NCBI RefSeq assembly: GCF_006345805.1
Contig: NC_043015.1
Coordinates: forward strand, 42,346,001-42,410,000
Direction of reading: 5' to 3'
Length of the DNA: 64,000 bases
From: Octopus sinensis
Lineage: Eukaryota
The position numbers were made by a program, and so were the translations under genes. The notes under the pieces are model-generated. The model was not told the origin of the DNA. It saw only the letters and a list, made by a program, of their open reading frames with translations, and ran no database searches. Positions 63,951 through 64,000 of this stretch are shown here, piece by piece (the first letter of the stretch is position 1; the number at the start of each line of letters is the position of its first letter).

Positions 63951-64000
63951 CAGTGTGCTGCAAATGGTCGACAAAGGGCTAAATTGAAAGGTAAACTCTT
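63951..64000 (-). CDS. MACO1: Macoilin coding exon (partial, continues beyond the window): KSLPFNLALCRPFAAH(C)
   Basis: Matches the conserved macoilin motif LCRPFAAHC. Donor TG|GTAACT is phase 2 and joins the next exon's first base to give TGC. Confidence 0.93.

Overview
AT-rich, repeat-dense eukaryotic genomic DNA. It is most likely an octopus (coleoid cephalopod), inferred from the SINE families, microsatellite load and intron style. The ORF track is mostly noise from microsatellites and SINEs. Two protein-coding genes are well supported. The first is the 3' part of macoilin (MACO1/TMEM57) on the minus strand: nine coding exons from the window end to a stop at 49086, all with GT-AG sites and consistent phases. 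The second is an intronless 561-aa Tigger/pogo (CENP-B/JRKL/TIGD-like) ORF at 31371-33056 (+) that lacks one catalytic Asp and is probably domesticated. A third, unidentified minus-strand gene probably starts at 28944, head-to-head with the TIGD-like gene. The rest is three SINE families, decayed LINEs (RTE, CR1/L2-type, R4/Dong, a REL-type relic), mariner/Tc1 relics, MITEs, non-autonomous Helitrons and tandem repeats. The most unusual signals are long fold-back structures: a 147-nt near-perfect hairpin just downstream of the TIGD-like ORF, an inverted-repeat-bounded element with four ~298-bp units that each fold into a 151-nt hairpin, an inverted duplication of a Tc1-like transposase tail, and a ~610-bp palindrome next to a macoilin splice acceptor. 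No rRNA, functional tRNA or CRISPR array was seen. All analysis was by eye, and repeat boundaries are approximate.
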